From Callorhinchus milii (taxonomy: Eukaryota), in assembly GCF_018977255.1 (NCBI RefSeq), contig NW_024704742.1, positions 80,230,001-80,294,000 on the forward strand: a stretch of 64,000 nt of DNA. Reading direction: 5' to 3'. The notes under the pieces are model-generated. The model saw nothing but the letters and a program-made list of their open reading frames with translations. It ran no database searches and was not told the origin of the DNA. This document shows positions 1 to 14,310 of this stretch, one piece after another. The position numbers and the translations under genes are program-made. The first letter of the stretch is position 1. Each line of letters begins with the position of its first letter.

Positions 1-679
1 AAAAATAGGCTGCTGTGTTTGCCTACAAAATGCAGTCACTACATTTTGCATTAAATCCTGTGAAGCACTTTGAGATGTCCTCCCAATTTGAAAGTCACTA
101 TATCAAATGCAAGGATTATTCATTATTATTTAAAAGTAAGGCAAAACAACATGCTCATTACTGATTGATAGGTTAAAATGTTTACACTGAAAGAAGAGTT
201 TCAATTTGATTAATAATAATCATCTGGAAGTACTGCAGCCCCACCAGTCATAAATTGAACTACCAAGACCACCAAAGATTGAGTCTGACCTATTGCCAAG
301 TAGGTCAACTTTTAGGCAGTTCCATTCCATGGAGAGCCGGACAGATGCTACAGCAACAATTGCAGTACTTGACACCCAGCAAGTGCAGGTTTGAGCCATT
401 AATAGGTGGATGGCAAGTACCACAAATTCCCCGTGAGCTTCCTGGTGGGCAGCACAGCTCAACTTGTAATTCATCACATCTTTGCCAACATCCTCCTGCA
501 ACTCAGACAAAATGGGTCTTCTACCAGTTGTCATTCCCAAGCCTCAGAGTTTCCCCATCAGCTATTGATGAGCCTTCATCATGGTGGGAAGATCTTTACA
601 GTTCAGCTTGTGACACTTTGATTTTTTCAAGGTCTACGTCCACTACACACTAGACTGATTTAACACCAGTTGCTGAATG

Positions 680-994
680 TAATAATAATAATCCTTGCAT
701 TTGATATAGTGCTTTTCACGTCTTCTAGACGTCTCAAAGCACTTCACAGAATAGACTGTAAAGTGAATTGACTGTATATTTGTGGACGAAATGCGGCAGC
801 CAATTGCGCACAGCAGTGTCCCATAAACAGTCGTGGATTGAAATGACCAATTTATTATTGTTTTTTTTCTTGAGGGATTATTATCAGGCATGTGGAGTAA
901 GGAAACTTACCCAAAGTTTCACCCTGCCGGGAATGAAACCCAGGTCTCTCGCTTGCAAAGTGAGTGTTCTAACCACTGAGCTACAGGACTCAAC
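680..994 (-). mobile_element. tRNA-derived SINE, family 1 (tRNA head, Deu-like core, L2-type tail, (ATT)n)
   Basis: Reverse complement of the copies at 5578 and 36513: head GAGTCCTGTAGCTCAGTGG, tail ATATCAAATGCAAGGATTATT. Confidence 0.9.
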
Positions 995-3440
995 AATGTA
1001 GGTCCTCTTGTGAGGCCCTGGATTAGCAGAAAAGAGTCAAAATTAACTGCAGCATTTGCCCACAAAACATACTGTCAGTCCAGTTTGGAATGCGCTCATG
1101 ATGTGAGAGGCGCTATACCAAAAGCAAGGATTATTACCATTACTCTGTTCCATAGTTATTGCTGGTTATAATGTAGGAGTGTTTCAATAAATGGAAACTG
1201 TTCATAATAGTTTGGGCCAATATATGGCAAAACATGTACATTTCCAATGGCCCAGACTGATCCCATAAAAATGTCTTTCTAATTTATAGCAAACTGTACC
1301 TGTTTACCTCCTCTGGTAGAAGGGTTCAATCGCTTTATCAAAATTCCAGTTTACAGCCTGAAAATGTTTATGAAATTATGCTCTTGCCAACATGCACCAA
1401 ATATTTTATTGAATTAAGCAAGCAGGATGCAACACTGCAGGAACTTACTTTGGGTAGGTAGCATGTATGTGTGGATATTATTGGATACACTTTAGCATAC
1501 TGATGTTTTTCCACGTGTCATATACTCACCGACAAAGAAAATAACATTCTCTTTTCTGGCAAGTCAGGGTATCAGTGTCTTTGGTCTACAAAAGAGCATT
1601 GATTGTGTTTGGTTATTTTCTCTTCCTCCTCCAATCCTGTGATGGACATTTGGTGATGAAAGGCTTTCTGTATTTATGTGTGCGCTGAAATGTTAGCTTG
1701 TACTGTGATGACCAGAAGCATTGCTTGTTGCTTGTGTTGTATGCGTATATGCTGGAGAAAGTGATTGATTGAAGACTGCAAATGTTACTTCACTTAGAAA
1801 ATACAGCAACCAAAAATGCCCAATAACATCTTCAAACAAGAACGGGATAGAAATCTAGCTGAAGGTTATCAGGTCAAGTACAGTCTAATATGACCAATTC
1901 ATCCAGACCACACAATACATTCTATACTTTTGGGATGTGATGGGAAAACAATTGTCCACAATGGATAGCTGGGCAGGAGCAATATGAGACATAGAGGATT
2001 TTGAGTTTGTAAAGGAACTGGAACGGGAAAGCATCTGAGCAGAGCATCTTCCGCAGGGGATTGAGTAAATACAGTGAGGTAGAGTGCAGTGTAGGGCACT
2101 TCTTGCAAGTTAAGAAGCAGACTTGATGGTCTGACTGCTTTTTAGACACAGATTGCAGTTTTGCTTTAGGGAGTGGGAGGTTAGAGAAGGCTTGTCAAAT
2201 GAATCATGGAATCACTCAACGATGTACAAATCTGGAAGGTCAAACACAATGTGTCACAGCTTTGAAGTCTGAAGATGTTAATCAGCAATTTTTATGGAAC
2301 AATAAAATCCATTCAAATGCAGCTCCCCACCCCCCTGCCCCACCATTCAGCTCCCAACCTCATCCCCCAGCTTAAACTCCTTACTCACTTATGTGAAGCA
2401 CTTTGAGACATGAAAGATGCTGTATAAGTGTAATTTTTGTTTGTTTCTCAAAGTTCCTTTTTTTCTTTAAAAATTTGCAGAAATATTTTTTATTCAAATA
2501 CAATATTTACAATGTGCAAACTAAAGCTATCATAATAGAGCAGTGAATTTTCATGAAAGTCCATACTATATTTCAGATCATCTGGTATTCTACTTTTAAT
2601 GCATGCATAAATTGTCAACATTAATTTTGAGTATTACACAATGATTATGAAGCTTTATTTAATAAAACATTTTGGGCTAGAATGTAAAATGTAAGTAAGT
2701 GTTCATTTTGTGTTCTGTCAGAATCCCAATGGGTTATGCAAGACTACTTAGGTAAGTTGGTAATTGGTAGCATTCTCTCCTCTGGATCAGAATGGGGTAT
2801 GGGCTTATTAAGCCCATTATCTCGAATTCACATTCTAGGCTGTTATTTTAGGCCTGGGGGATCACTTCTTTGTTGGAGATGTGGTTCTATGCTTGATTAT
2901 ATGGATTATTCATCAAACTCAGTTCCTGTGTTTTTCTGTTCATTAGATGGACATTAAAAATCTTATGTCACTATTCCAAAAGAGGTAGTTCCTCGCATAT
3001 ACTGTGTGCAGATAATGGATGCCACAAAAGCCATTGATAATAGCAATCAAGGTGATCCTTTTGTATAAGATAAGAACCTGATTCCATTGTAAATAATATG
3101 CATAATGTATGCTTGAGGGAGAAAGGAGTAAAGGGATTTGGAAGAGGGGATTCGGAGGGATGGAGCTTATATGGAGTATAAACATTGGTATCAAGGCAGT
3201 GTATGTGCACGTCCTCCTGATGTGAAACACGCTATAAAAATGTTGTTGTATGTGGAATGTGTAGACTACTCTTAATTGATTATTATTATGTATTGTGCAC
3301 TATTGTGTAATTAATGTGTAATAATCAATATCTTAATTGATTATTATTTCATAGGCAGTGCAGCAACTGCTGCCCAACATATGTTCTGACATCTCAAACC
3401 ATTACCGAACAATGGAGAACTTCTCTACGTATGTATGTAA

Positions 3441-3778
3441 ATAATAATAATAATAATATGATAATAATCCTTACATTTGATATAGTGTTTTTCATCTCTT
3501 CAAGATGTTTCAAGGAGCTTCACAGAATATAGTGTAAAGTGAATTGACTGTATATTTGTGGGCCAAACGCGGCAGCCAATTGCGCACAGAAGTGTCCCAC
3601 AAACAGCTGTGGATTGAGTAACCAAATTATTACTTTCTTTTGTGTTTTTTTTCTTGAAGGATTATTATCAGACATGTGAAGTAAGGAAACATGCCGAAGG
3701 ATTCACCCTGCCAGGAATTAAACCCAGGTATCTCGTTTGCGAGGCCGGTGCTCTAACCACTGAGCTACAGAACTCCAC
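3441..3778 (-). mobile_element. tRNA-derived SINE, family 1
   Basis: Full head-to-tail similarity to the 36513-36844 copy. Confidence 0.9.
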
Positions 3779-4283
3779 TTTATATGTTCTCTTTAATGAT
3801 CATCATTGGCAGTTCTGAATTGTTGTTAAATTAATTTGTCCCTGGCAGCCTCTGTGTATGTACAAACAACCTCAATGTCTGGTCATTACAAGCATATTTG
3901 ATGTGTAAAACCAGCCTGAACGCCATGATTATTTTAAGTTTCAAAATAGCAGGAAACAACCCTCTCTCTCTCTCTCTACATATGTATATATTATTATTTA
4001 TATTTATATTGTGCTCTTCATGTGGGTAGGATCTCAGAGTACTTAACAATGACTGAGCTTGATGCCAAGCCAGAGAAAAAAAGGAGGTGATGATAGGCAG
4101 AGTCAAAGAGGAAGTTTTCAGATGTAATCCGAAGATGGGTAAGGAGTGGCTGAGGCAATGGGATTCACGCAGAGAGTTACATAGTTTCAGGGGGCAGTGA
4201 TTCGTGGGCACCAATGGTGGAGTGAAGACGAGGAAGCACAGGAGGTCGGAGCTAGCTGTGAGAAGGCGCAGGTAGGTAGTGGG

Positions 4284-5225
4284 TTATAACAACAACAATA
4301 ACAAAATTACATTTGTAAAGCGCATTTCACATCGGGAGGACGTCCCAAGGTGCTCGACAGACAGAGTTACGGACCCGAGCTGGGGGTCGGGTAGGGTGGA
4401 GGGAGGAGGGAAGCAGGGAGATCGAAAGCACAGTGAAAGAGGAGGGTCTTGAGATGGGTCTTGAAGGAGGTGAGGGAGGGGGCGAGGAGGAGGGACTGCG
4501 GGACGGAGTTCCAGAGGGTGGGAGCAGAGTGGCAGAAGGCCTGCCCGCCAATAGCGGGGTGAGCAAGGCGGAGGATGTGAAGCAGGCTGGAGCCCGCTAA
4601 GTGGAGGGAGCGAACAGGATGGTAGGGGGTTAGGAGGTTGAAGGGGTAGGGGGGAGCAAGACTGTGGAGGGCTTTGAAGGTGGCAGGTTGGAGAGGTAGG
4701 GACAAATGGATTGATTTCCAATCAACTACGAGGATCTTGAAATTGATCCATTCTGCAATAGGGTGTCAGTAGAACATACCAAGGATTGGCTGATCAGGGT
4801 ACAGCATTTGATATGGGTGAGAATACAGGACACTGGATTTTTTGATCAGTTGCATTTTGTGGGTGGTGGAATTGGAGAAACCGACAAGTAGGGCATTGGA
4901 AAAATTGAGGCAGTAGGTATTGAATATATGAATGGGGTTTTGAGTTGCATTCACTGTGAGGTGTGGCCTGAGACATGCAATGTGGTGGCGATGGAGGGAG
5001 CAGTTCTGGTCAGGGCCTGATGTAGGGTAGGAAGGACAACTGGGGAGTGAACCGGATGCCTAGGTTGCGCACAGGTTCAGTATGTCTGAGGGATAGGTCG
5101 GGAAGGTTAAGAAGTTGTGAGCCGCATGTGAGAAAATGTTCCCAGGAGCCAAGGAGGAATGGCTTTTGTCTTGTCGACATTCAGCTGCAGAAAGTTGGTA
5201 ATCATCCATGCTTTGATGTCAAGCT
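4284..5225 (-). mobile_element. L2-clade LINE, 3' fragment
   Basis: (AAC)n tail, 3' motif GGGACGTCCTCCCGATGTGAAA, degenerate ORF2 C-terminus (GGQAFCHSAPTLWNSVP...SFKTHLKTLLF). Confidence 0.85.
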
Positions 5226-5577
5226 TCAACCCACAGATGCTCTTCCTTCCCAATATCCAATGCCTAAACAAGACTGCTTTCCTCCACCTCCATCAGACCT
5301 CCTCCAACCATACCTATAAACCGACACAGTAGTCCCTGCCTTCATTGCCTCCTGCCTCGACTCCTCCAATGAGACCACCCCCACCCCCCCCAACCATGTG
5401 AAAGAGAAGCAGGCCTCAAAGTGAAATGTATTGTAATCAAGGAAAAATAAAATTGGTTGTTCACTTCGCTTTATAGCTGCTTGTGGGACATTGTTGTGTG
5501 CAAATTGGTTGCCACGTTTGTTCACAATACAGTCACTGCATCTTTCAGTATATCCTGTGAAGCGCTTTGAGACATTT

Positions 5578-5898
5578 GTGGAGTCCTGTAGCTCAGTGGT
5601 TAGAGCATTCGCTTTGCAAGCGAGAGACCTGAGTTCAATTCCAGGCAGAGGGCGAAACCTTGGGCAAGTTTCCTTACTCCACACGCCTAATAATAATCCC
5701 TCCAAAAAACCAAAGACAATAATAAATTGGTCATTTTCAATCTACGACTGTTTGTGGGACATTGCTGTGCGCAATTAGCTGTCGCGTTCGCCCACAAATA
5801 TACAGTCAATTCACTTTACAGTGTGTTCTGTGAAGCGCTTTGGGATGTCCTCCCGACGTGAAAAGCGCTATATCAAATGCAAGGATTATTATTATTAT
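5578..5898 (+). mobile_element. tRNA-derived SINE, family 1, full length, inserted in an older SINE tail
   Basis: Pol III A box TAGCTCAGTGG, B-box-like GAGTTCAATTCC, core TGTGGGACATTGCTGTGCGCAATT, (ATT)n tail. Confidence 0.92.
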
Positions 5899-5969
5899 AT
5901 CCTCCAGACATTAAATGCACTATAGCAAGGGAGTATTATTATATACATATTTATGGAATTTATATTTTA

Positions 5970-6180
5970 GAATTCTCTACCCCAAAGGGTGCTCAGTCCT
6001 TGAACATATTCAAGACTGAGATTGATAGATTTCTTGTGGATAAAGGGATTAAGGGATATGGGGATAAGGTGGGTAGGTGGATTTAGAATAGATCAGCCGT
6101 GATCTTATCGAATGGCAGGGCAGGCTAGAGGGGTCGAATGGCCTACTCCTGCTCCTAATTCTTATGTTCTTATGTTCTTA
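5970..6180 (+). mobile_element. CR1 LINE 3' end
   Basis: IFKTEIDRFL...KGIKGYG C-terminus, 3' UTR and (TTCTTATG)n tail. Confidence 0.8.
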
Positions 6181-7049
6181 TTATTAAATTGAAATTGCAC
6201 GTTTCCCCATGGATTCCAGTGTAGGCTCTGACTAGTTGAAAATTATGTTTTAATCCAATGGTTTATAAATGAGACAAAAATGCTCTTTCTGATCTTGTTT
6301 CTGTGATCTATTGTGGAAACTGTCTATGAAAGGCATTAGATGAACAATGAAAGGATTTATTGCAATGTAGGAGGTTTTTTTGATAGATGGAAACATCAGC
6401 ATTTTTTAAAATCTTGATGCAGATCTAGATTGATAGAAGAAATAAAGTGCTCTCCTCATAAACATGTTACTGACCTGAATTTGTTTTTGTGTTTCCCCAG
6501 AGAAATATCACAGCACAATTTATTAGAAAAAAATAATATCGATGACCATATGATTTATTGGTCCTCGAGGAACTCAAGGAATCAATGAGTAATGCTGCAT
6601 AATGAGGTCTTAAACTGATTTGTATAGGTGAACAAATTACCATTTGTTTAGCTGATATATGGTGCCTATTAATCTACTTAAAATGACTTTTTTCCCTATT
6701 AAAATGTTCCAATCCAGAGTGATTTTCTAGGACAAGAGAGCAATACAATTAATTGGGAGGTGCAGGTAATAATTAAAAATCTGCAATCCTCTGATCCTCT
6801 GAATTCCTAAGAACCGATAAAGACCAGAAATCATTCTATGTATATCTGCTCTGTTGCATCTCTTTTGGCTGAATATCAATGAACATCAACTTCACATTTG
6901 TAGGTACATTCGCCTACAAAATACACAGTCACTACACTTTACCTGGGTTCAATTCCAGGCAGGGCGAAACCTTGGGTAAGTTTCCTTACTCCAAACACCT
7001 AATAATAATCCCTCCAAAAAACAAAACAATAATAAATTGGTATTATTAT

Positions 7050-7883
7050 AGACACATGGCAGATGAGTTTCAATGTGGAGAAATGCGAGGTGATGCATTT
7101 TGGTAGAAAGAATGAGGGGAGGCAATATAGGCTACGTAATACAATCTTAAGGGGGGTAAAGGAACAGAGAGACCTGGGGGGGTCAGGTAAATGAATCCTT
7201 GAAGGTGGCAGGAGAGGGAGATACAGCTGTAAAAAGGGCATATGGTATACTAGGGTTTATAAATAGGGGCATAGAGTACAAGAGTCAGGAGGTTATGATT
7301 AACCTATATAAAACATTGGTTAGGCCTCAGTTGGAATACTGCACCCAGTTTTGGGCACCACACTATAGGAAAGATGTTAAGGCATTGGAAAGGGTGCAGA
7401 GGAGATTTACGAGGATGGTACCAGGAATGAGGAACCTTGATTATAAGGAAAGGCTAGCGAGGTGGGATTATTCTCACTGGAGCAGAGAAGGTTACAAGGA
7501 GACCTAATAGAGGTCTTCAAAATCATGAGGGGATTTGATAGGTTAGAAAGGGAAAAACTGTTTCCACTGGTGGGTGTGTCGGTGACTCGAGGTCACAGAT
7601 TCAAAATAGTCTCTAAAAGAAGCAGAGGGGAGTTGAGAAGAAATTTTTTCACGCAGCGAGTTGTTCAAATCTGGAACGCATTGCCTGATAGGGTGGTCGA
7701 GGCCGATTCGATAACAACTTTTCAAAACTCGGTGGACGGGTATTTGAGGAGGACGGGTTTGCAGGGTTATGGGGAAAGGGCTGGGGAGTAGGATTGACAT
7801 TAATTGCTCTATTCAAAGAGCCGGCACAAACTCGATGGGCCGAATGGCCTCTTTTTGTGCTGTACGATTCTATGATTCTATGA
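7050..7883 (+). mobile_element. CR1 LINE, 5'-truncated 3' fragment
   Basis: LYKTLVRPQLEYCTQFWAP and FFTQRVVQIWNALP motifs; (GATTCTAT)n terminal repeats. Confidence 0.92.
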
Positions 7884-10199
7884 TTTCACCCTGCCGGGAA
7901 TCGAACCCAGGTCTCTCGCTTGCAAGGCGAGTACCCTAACCACTGAGCTACAGAATACCAAGATATAGCAACTTATCACATTGTTCAGACATCTCAAAGT
8001 GCTTCACATGATTTTACTGCAAAATATAGTGACTGTGTATTTAATGGGTGATTAGAGAAACCAATTTGTGCATTGCAATGTCCTCAAACAGCCATGAAGT
8101 GAATGTCCAATTTTATTTCAGCTATTGTTGGCCAGGACACAGAGAGAAATTCCCCTCACTTCCCGGACTGTTGCTGAAGGCTTGACTGGACTGATTGGGA
8201 AACTGATCTCTGTGAAATAACAAAGAGTGTTTGTTTTATTCAACTGTGCATAGCCAAGAGAGAAACAGAGCATAATTGAGTCAAACTACCTCTTTCAGTC
8301 TCCCTATGCTCTTTTCCAACAGATTGTCCTGGAAACCTTTTCCTTGGCCCAGCCTGTTCTGCTCCAAGATTGGCAGCAAGGAGATGCACAAGGTGCCTGG
8401 GATGATTGTCTCTCCAAACTTTACTCCCTCTCAATAGACTGGACTCACAAGCTGGACTGCACTTGTAACCTCAAGGCAGTATCCACTTATACATATCTAG
8501 GTGACCAGATTGCTAAAATGCAGAAGATTATTTTGAATTACTGACTATTTAAAGGGCATCAATTTCATTCAATGTCTTTCCAAAGCCTGTCAGATTTAAC
8601 TATGTGTCCTAATTGGCTGCAGCATGCTGATAGGGTTATATTATTCTAATATTATGAGATACCTGCTCTGTTCCTGTGTAATTCCACCACTTAGATTGTT
8701 AGTTATTATCCAAAATGATAAATTGGCACAGGAATAAGGGCGCATAATCAGTGACGAAGGACAGATGGTACTTTGCATCTTATAAACAGATAATTGACAC
8801 AATTACATATTCTTGGCGATTGAGATGGTTCGGGTACAAAAACAGGAGTTGGTTAAATCTAAAAGTATTAAACCGAGAAGCATGCCTGAAAATAAGAATA
8901 TTCCTAGCATTTAATGTAGCATCTTTCACCTTGGATGGACATCGCAAAGCACTTCAAGATTTACAGTAATATGTAGTGATTGTGTAATTTGTGGGCGAAT
9001 TTGGCAGCCTATTTGAACACTGCAATGTCCCACAAAAGAGCCACAAAGTGAATGATCAATTTTATCTGGGGATTGTTGGTTAGGTCACTGGGAGAAACTC
9101 TCTTCTTTTTTCAAAAAGCAAGTGCTTTTTACAACTCCCCCACCACCAGACAGTATCTACAAAACATAATTTATCTTGTCTGGATAGGAGCATATGTCTG
9201 ATTCATTTATCTTCAATTTGACTCAAAATGCCATGACGTGGTTTTTTAATTACATATTGATAATGTGAAAAAATTTTGTCAGCTAATTTTTCTTCAGCTA
9301 CTTGTGCTTTGATGCTTATTTGCTGCTTCAATTCTTTCCATTTATAATGTTTTCCACTTTTCAAGAATTTTATATATCAGTATACTGTACCAGTGAAGAG
9401 CAGTGTTGGTTTACTGCCTGCAGGATGTTCCTCAACAACTTTCTGGCTCATAAATGGCATTGTGTATACCTATGGTTCTAGTTTATTCTGCATATTCTCA
9501 TGGATGGTATCACTGAACAGGAATATAAACTGTAGTGAATGAGAATTTTGTAGGTCATGCTTTCATCAGATATTATTGGTTGCAAGTTTTTATGATACTT
9601 CAGGGTTTGATGGCATCAAGAGGGTAATTTTACATCTCTTCCATCCTCAAACAATGGAGCTAACAATGCTAACAGCTAACAATGAAGAAGCTGATTTTTT
9701 AATAAATGACTTGAGGTTGTTTCAGCTTGGTCTAAAAATCACAAGCTGATTCAGTATTACTGTTGTGAGGAGACTTCCCAGTGACTCAGCAGTCAATTCC
9801 ATTTGTTTACAGATTTGTATTCGTATTTGTTCTAATGATATCGTCATCATCAATATCCAACTGCAAATATGTCAATTCCACAAGTTAGAACTGAAGACCT
9901 TTTGGAGAGTGAAAAAGCTGGAAGGGCCAAATAAGCAGATTCCTTTTTGATAGTACTCTAACCAACCTATAATCTACCTTTTCATTATGTTTCTTTTCAG
10001 AAACACTAGTTTTTTCTTGAACTTATTCATGCTGCTTGCATCAAAGGCCTCCCCTGGTAATTGATCTTACACGTCTATTAGACTTTCTGTTAAATATTCT
10101 GCTTGAAGACATCCTACTTTTTAACTTGTTTGAAATCTTTGTTGTATTGTCCAACACTCCAGTGTTCGACGTAGAGCCAAAAAAGAACAGGCGGTACAG

Positions 10200-12835
10200 A
10201 AATCCCCTAAGAGTGTGGCAGTCACAAACCGGTTCTCGGTACTGGTTACCGTTGAGGATACCTCTGGCGAGAAGAGTCAAAAGATAATGGATGTTCAGGG
10301 GGACAAGGGGAAAAATGCCAATGCTGTTGTTATCGGGGATACAACAGTTAAAGGGATAGACAGGTGTTTCTGCCATAAAAGACGAGACTCGCGCATGGTA
10401 TGTTGCCTCCCTGGGGCCAGGGTGCAAGATGTCATGGAGCGGGTGCAAAATATACTACTGGGGGAAAGCGAAAATCCGGAAGTTGTGGTCCATGTTGGGA
10501 TCAATGATGTAGGTGATAAAAGGGCTGAGACCCTACAGGGAGAATATCAGAAGCTTGGGAAGAAGCTAAAGTGCAGGACCACAATGGTGGTGATCACGGG
10601 ATTACTCCCAATGCCTTATGCAAGTGAATACCAAACTAGGAGGATCAAATATATGAATGTCTGGCTGGAGAAATGGTGCAGAAAGGAGGGCTTCAGGTTT
10701 CTAAACCACTGGGACCACTTCTGGAGCAGATGGGACCTGTACACGAGGGATGGGTTACACCTGAGCAGGCTGGGACCAATGTCATTGCAACAAGGATAAC
10801 AAATGCTGTGGGGAAGCATTTAAACTGATTTCGAGGGGGGATGGGGATCAGAATGTAGCATCAGGGAGGGGAAACGAGTTACATAGTGGACATAGACAAA
10901 TAGAAATGAAACAAGGAATAGTCCAACAAAAAGTGGAAAGAGACGCGGGAGAAATGTAGAGCGGATTAAGCTGGTGTTGGATTGCATGTGTGTAAACGCA
11001 CGGAGCGTGACCAGTAAGCTTGGTGAGCTGGAGGCTCAAGTTGCCATATGGGGCTTTGATGTAGCGGCAATTATGGAGACTTGATTCAAAGAAGGACAGG
11101 AATGGGAGCTGAATATTCCTGGCTACAACCTATTCAGGAGGGATAGGGAAGGGAAAAAAGGAGGTGGGGTGGCAATACTCATTAGGGACACGGTCACGGT
11201 CCTGGAATAGGACGATGTGTTTGTTAGAGGGTCCAAAAACTGAACCTATTTGGTTAGGGTTACGGAGCAGAAAAGGAGCTGTTACTCTGTTAGGTATTTA
11301 CTAGTCCTCCAAATAGGGGGAAGGAGATAAATGAGCAAATCTGCAAGCAGATTTCAGAGATGCAAAACCAATAGAGTAGTGATAATAGGGGATTTCAATT
11401 ATCCTAACATAGACTGGGAAACACACAATGTAAAGGGCAAGGAAGGGGAGGAATTCCTGAAATGTGTGCAGGAGAACCTTCTGGATCAGCATGTTTCCAG
11501 CCCAACGAGGAAGGAAGCAGTGCTGGATTTAGTTCTGGGAAATGAAGTGGGGCAAGTGGAGCAGGTATCAGTAGGAGAGCATCTGGATAACAATGATCAC
11601 AATATCATTAGGTGTAAAATAGTTATGGAAAAGGACAACAATCAACCGAAGGTAAAGACCCTCAACTGGAAGAGGGGTAATTTCAGTGAGCTAAAAAGGG
11701 ACCTGGCCAAGATAGATTGGAAAGAAAGATTGGCAGGTAAGACAACAAACCAACAATGGGAAGCCTTCAAGGAGGAGATATTTCAGGGACAGAGCAAATA
11801 CATTCCCACAAAGGGGAAAGGTAGGACAGTTAATCCTTCCTGGATGACTGAGGAAATTGGGATTAAAATAAAACAGAAAAAGGAGGCTTATGACAAATGT
11901 CAGGTCCAAAACACACAGGACAATCAAATGGAATATAGGAAGTACAGAGGAGAAGTGAAAAGGAAAATAAGAGGGGCGAAGCGATTGTACGAGAAAAGAT
12001 TAGCAGGAAACATAAAAGGGAATCCTAAGGTATTTTATAAGCATATCAAGAGTGAAAGGTTAGTCAAAGGTAGGGTGGGTCCAATTAGGGAACCAAGTGT
12101 AAATCTTCTTGTTGAGGTAGAGGGCATGGCTGATGTACTAAATATGTGCTTTGCAACTGTCTTCACAAAAGCAGACGATGCAACCAATGCAACAATATTA
12201 CAGGCGTGTGAACAGAAATTGGATATGTTAAAAATCAACCGAGAGGAGATACTAAAAAGGCCATCAGTGCTCAACATAGATAAGTCACCTGGTCCAGACG
12301 GGATGCATCCTAGGTTATTGAGGGAAGCAAGGGTGGAAATAGCGGAGGCTCTGGCCACAATATTTCAATCCTCTTTGGACACTGGAGTGGCGCCAGAGGA
12401 CTGGAAGGTTGCAAATGTTACTCCCCTGTACAAAAAGGGGCAGAAGGATAAACCTGAGAACTACAGGCCAATCAGCCTAACATCAGTAGTAGGGAAACTT
12501 CTGGAGACTATAATCCGGGACAATATAAATTCTCACTTAGAAAAATATGGTTTAATAAAGGATAGTCAACATGGATTTGTTAAAGGCAGTAGATGTAGTT
12601 TATCTAGATTTCGAAAAGGCATTTGACTAAGTGCCACATAAGAGACATAAACAAAATAGAAGCCCACGGTATTAAAGGGACTGTGGCAACATGGATCCAG
12701 AACTGGCTGGGAGATAGAAACCAGAGAGTGGTAGTAAACGGTTGCTTTTCTGACTGGAGGGAGGTGTGTAGTGGTGTCTCTCATGGGTTGGTATTGGGAC
12801 CACTTCTCTTTCTGATCTATATTAAAGATCTGCAC
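10200..12835 (+). mobile_element. CR1 LINE: ORF1 with SGNH/GDSL esterase domain, plus disrupted ORF2 (APE endonuclease, partial RT), 3'-truncated
   Basis: ORF 10215-10799 has VVIGD, CLPGA, HVGIND and DGLHL esterase blocks. ORF 11331-12626 has GDFNYP, LDLVL, KSPGPDG, NYRPISLTS and QHGF. Stops, frameshifts and an internal RT deletion are present. Confidence 0.95.
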
Positions 12836-13007
12836 CTGCTGAAAATAATGATCAGAGTAGGTTCCCTCATCTATTGTGTCATGTGGAACTTTGTCGGCAG
12901 AAAATAATAATTGGAATTGATTTTGCCTACAAAATACACAGTTTCTATACTTTAGAGTATATTTGTGAAGAGCTTTGAAGTATCTTGAATATGTGATAAG
13001 ATGCTAT

Positions 13008-13218
13008 ATCCCTCCAAAACCAGAAACAATAATAAATTGGTCATTTTCAATCTACGACTATTTGTGGGACATTGCTGTGCGCCAACAAATATACAGTCAA
13101 TTCACTTTACAGTGTGTTCTGTGAAGCGCTTTAGGACGTCCTCCCGACGTGAAAAGCGCTATATCAAATGCAAGGATTATTATTATTATTATATCAAATG
13201 CAAAGATTATTATTATTA
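13008..13218 (+). mobile_element. SINE family 1, 3' part with duplicated tail
   Basis: Matches the 3' part of the 36513 copy; TATCAAATGCAARGATTATT occurs twice. Confidence 0.85.
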
Positions 13219-13984
13219 TTTGAAGGGTTTACTTCAAATCCAGATGGTTTGGGGTTTCATTTCCTGAGTATTGAACCATTCAAGTCTTCATATCATGGCT
13301 GGGGAAAAGATCTGTCAAGATTTTGAATGGATTGCTCATTGGAGTACTGCACTACTGACAGAGCAGCACTTTTCAGGGAATGAAAATAAGACAGTCAGTT
13401 CACCTCAGCACATACATTCCTCTATTGCTGGATTTCAGTGCAGCACTGGAGAAGCCTGCAGACTGGATCATCCCATCCTCCTTATTGAAGATGATCTGAA
13501 AGTATATAGCTTCTGCACAAATAAAAATGAACTTTACTAAATTTAACACTAAAGAGCATTCCCCTCACAATAGCGGTAGAGCCCGGATCATGGCAACATA
13601 ATAAAAGCTGACATCTGGGAAGGAAATTACATGAAAATAATGGGGTGAAAATGGTGCTTTTCTAAACTCATCCGTGCCTTACTTATTACTGGGGAGATAC
13701 ATTGCTGTTTAAAAAAGCTGTCCTTTAAACCTGCCCTTAACAACAGATCTGGGATTTAACACTCCAGGCATCTGGACAATGCTTTCTCCTGCAGCTATTT
13801 CACATTTCAAACAGAAGAATTTTTTTACTTATCTAGAGCCCAGAGACTTCAATATATAGTGATCAGTACTGTGATTTACATCTAATTTTAATTTTAAAAT
13901 GAATTTTAAGCCAGTATCTCGCAAAGCGGCAAGAGAGCAAGCATCAGGGAGGCAATCAGAAGTGGCAATTTAACATTCTTCAAT

Positions 13985-14310
13985 AATAATGATAAAGATT
14001 ATTGTGTTTGATAAGTGCCCTTCACGTCGGAAGGATGTCTCAAACCATCACTCTGGATTTGCTATAAAGTGCAATGACTGTATTTTGCAGGTGAATTCAG
14101 CAGCCAATTTTCACACAGCAAAGTCCTACAAACAGTCATGAAGTGAATGATCAATTTTATCCTGAGGATTGTCAGCCAGGACACGGGGAGAAAATCCCTT
14201 CTCCTTTTGAATAGTTTTACGGGTTATTTTACGTCCACCTGAACATGCAGACAGGTCCTTGGTTTAACTTCTCATCTGGAGGACAGCACTTCCAACAATG
14301 CAGCATCTGC
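13985..14310 (-). mobile_element. Older Deu-domain SINE, family 2 (SacSINE1-like)
   Basis: Minus-strand CTGTTCAGGTGGACGTAAA...GTGTCCTGGC-type core shared with the copies at 14430, 20370 and 47070. Confidence 0.7.

Noticed and set aside
220..653. Overlapping ORFs near the window start
   Set aside because: No recognisable domain or splice structure in the frames I checked.
5578..5655. tRNA-Ala(TGC)-like gene, also at 36513, 62012 and other sites
   Set aside because: Each continues directly into a SINE body and tail, so these are SINE heads rather than tRNA genes.
9781..9791. GTGACTCAGCA antioxidant-response/AP-1 motif
   Set aside because: A single short motif with no supporting context is not enough to call.
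10215..10799. Stand-alone SGNH esterase gene
   Set aside because: It is CR1 ORF1, directly upstream of a decayed ORF2; this architecture is already known.
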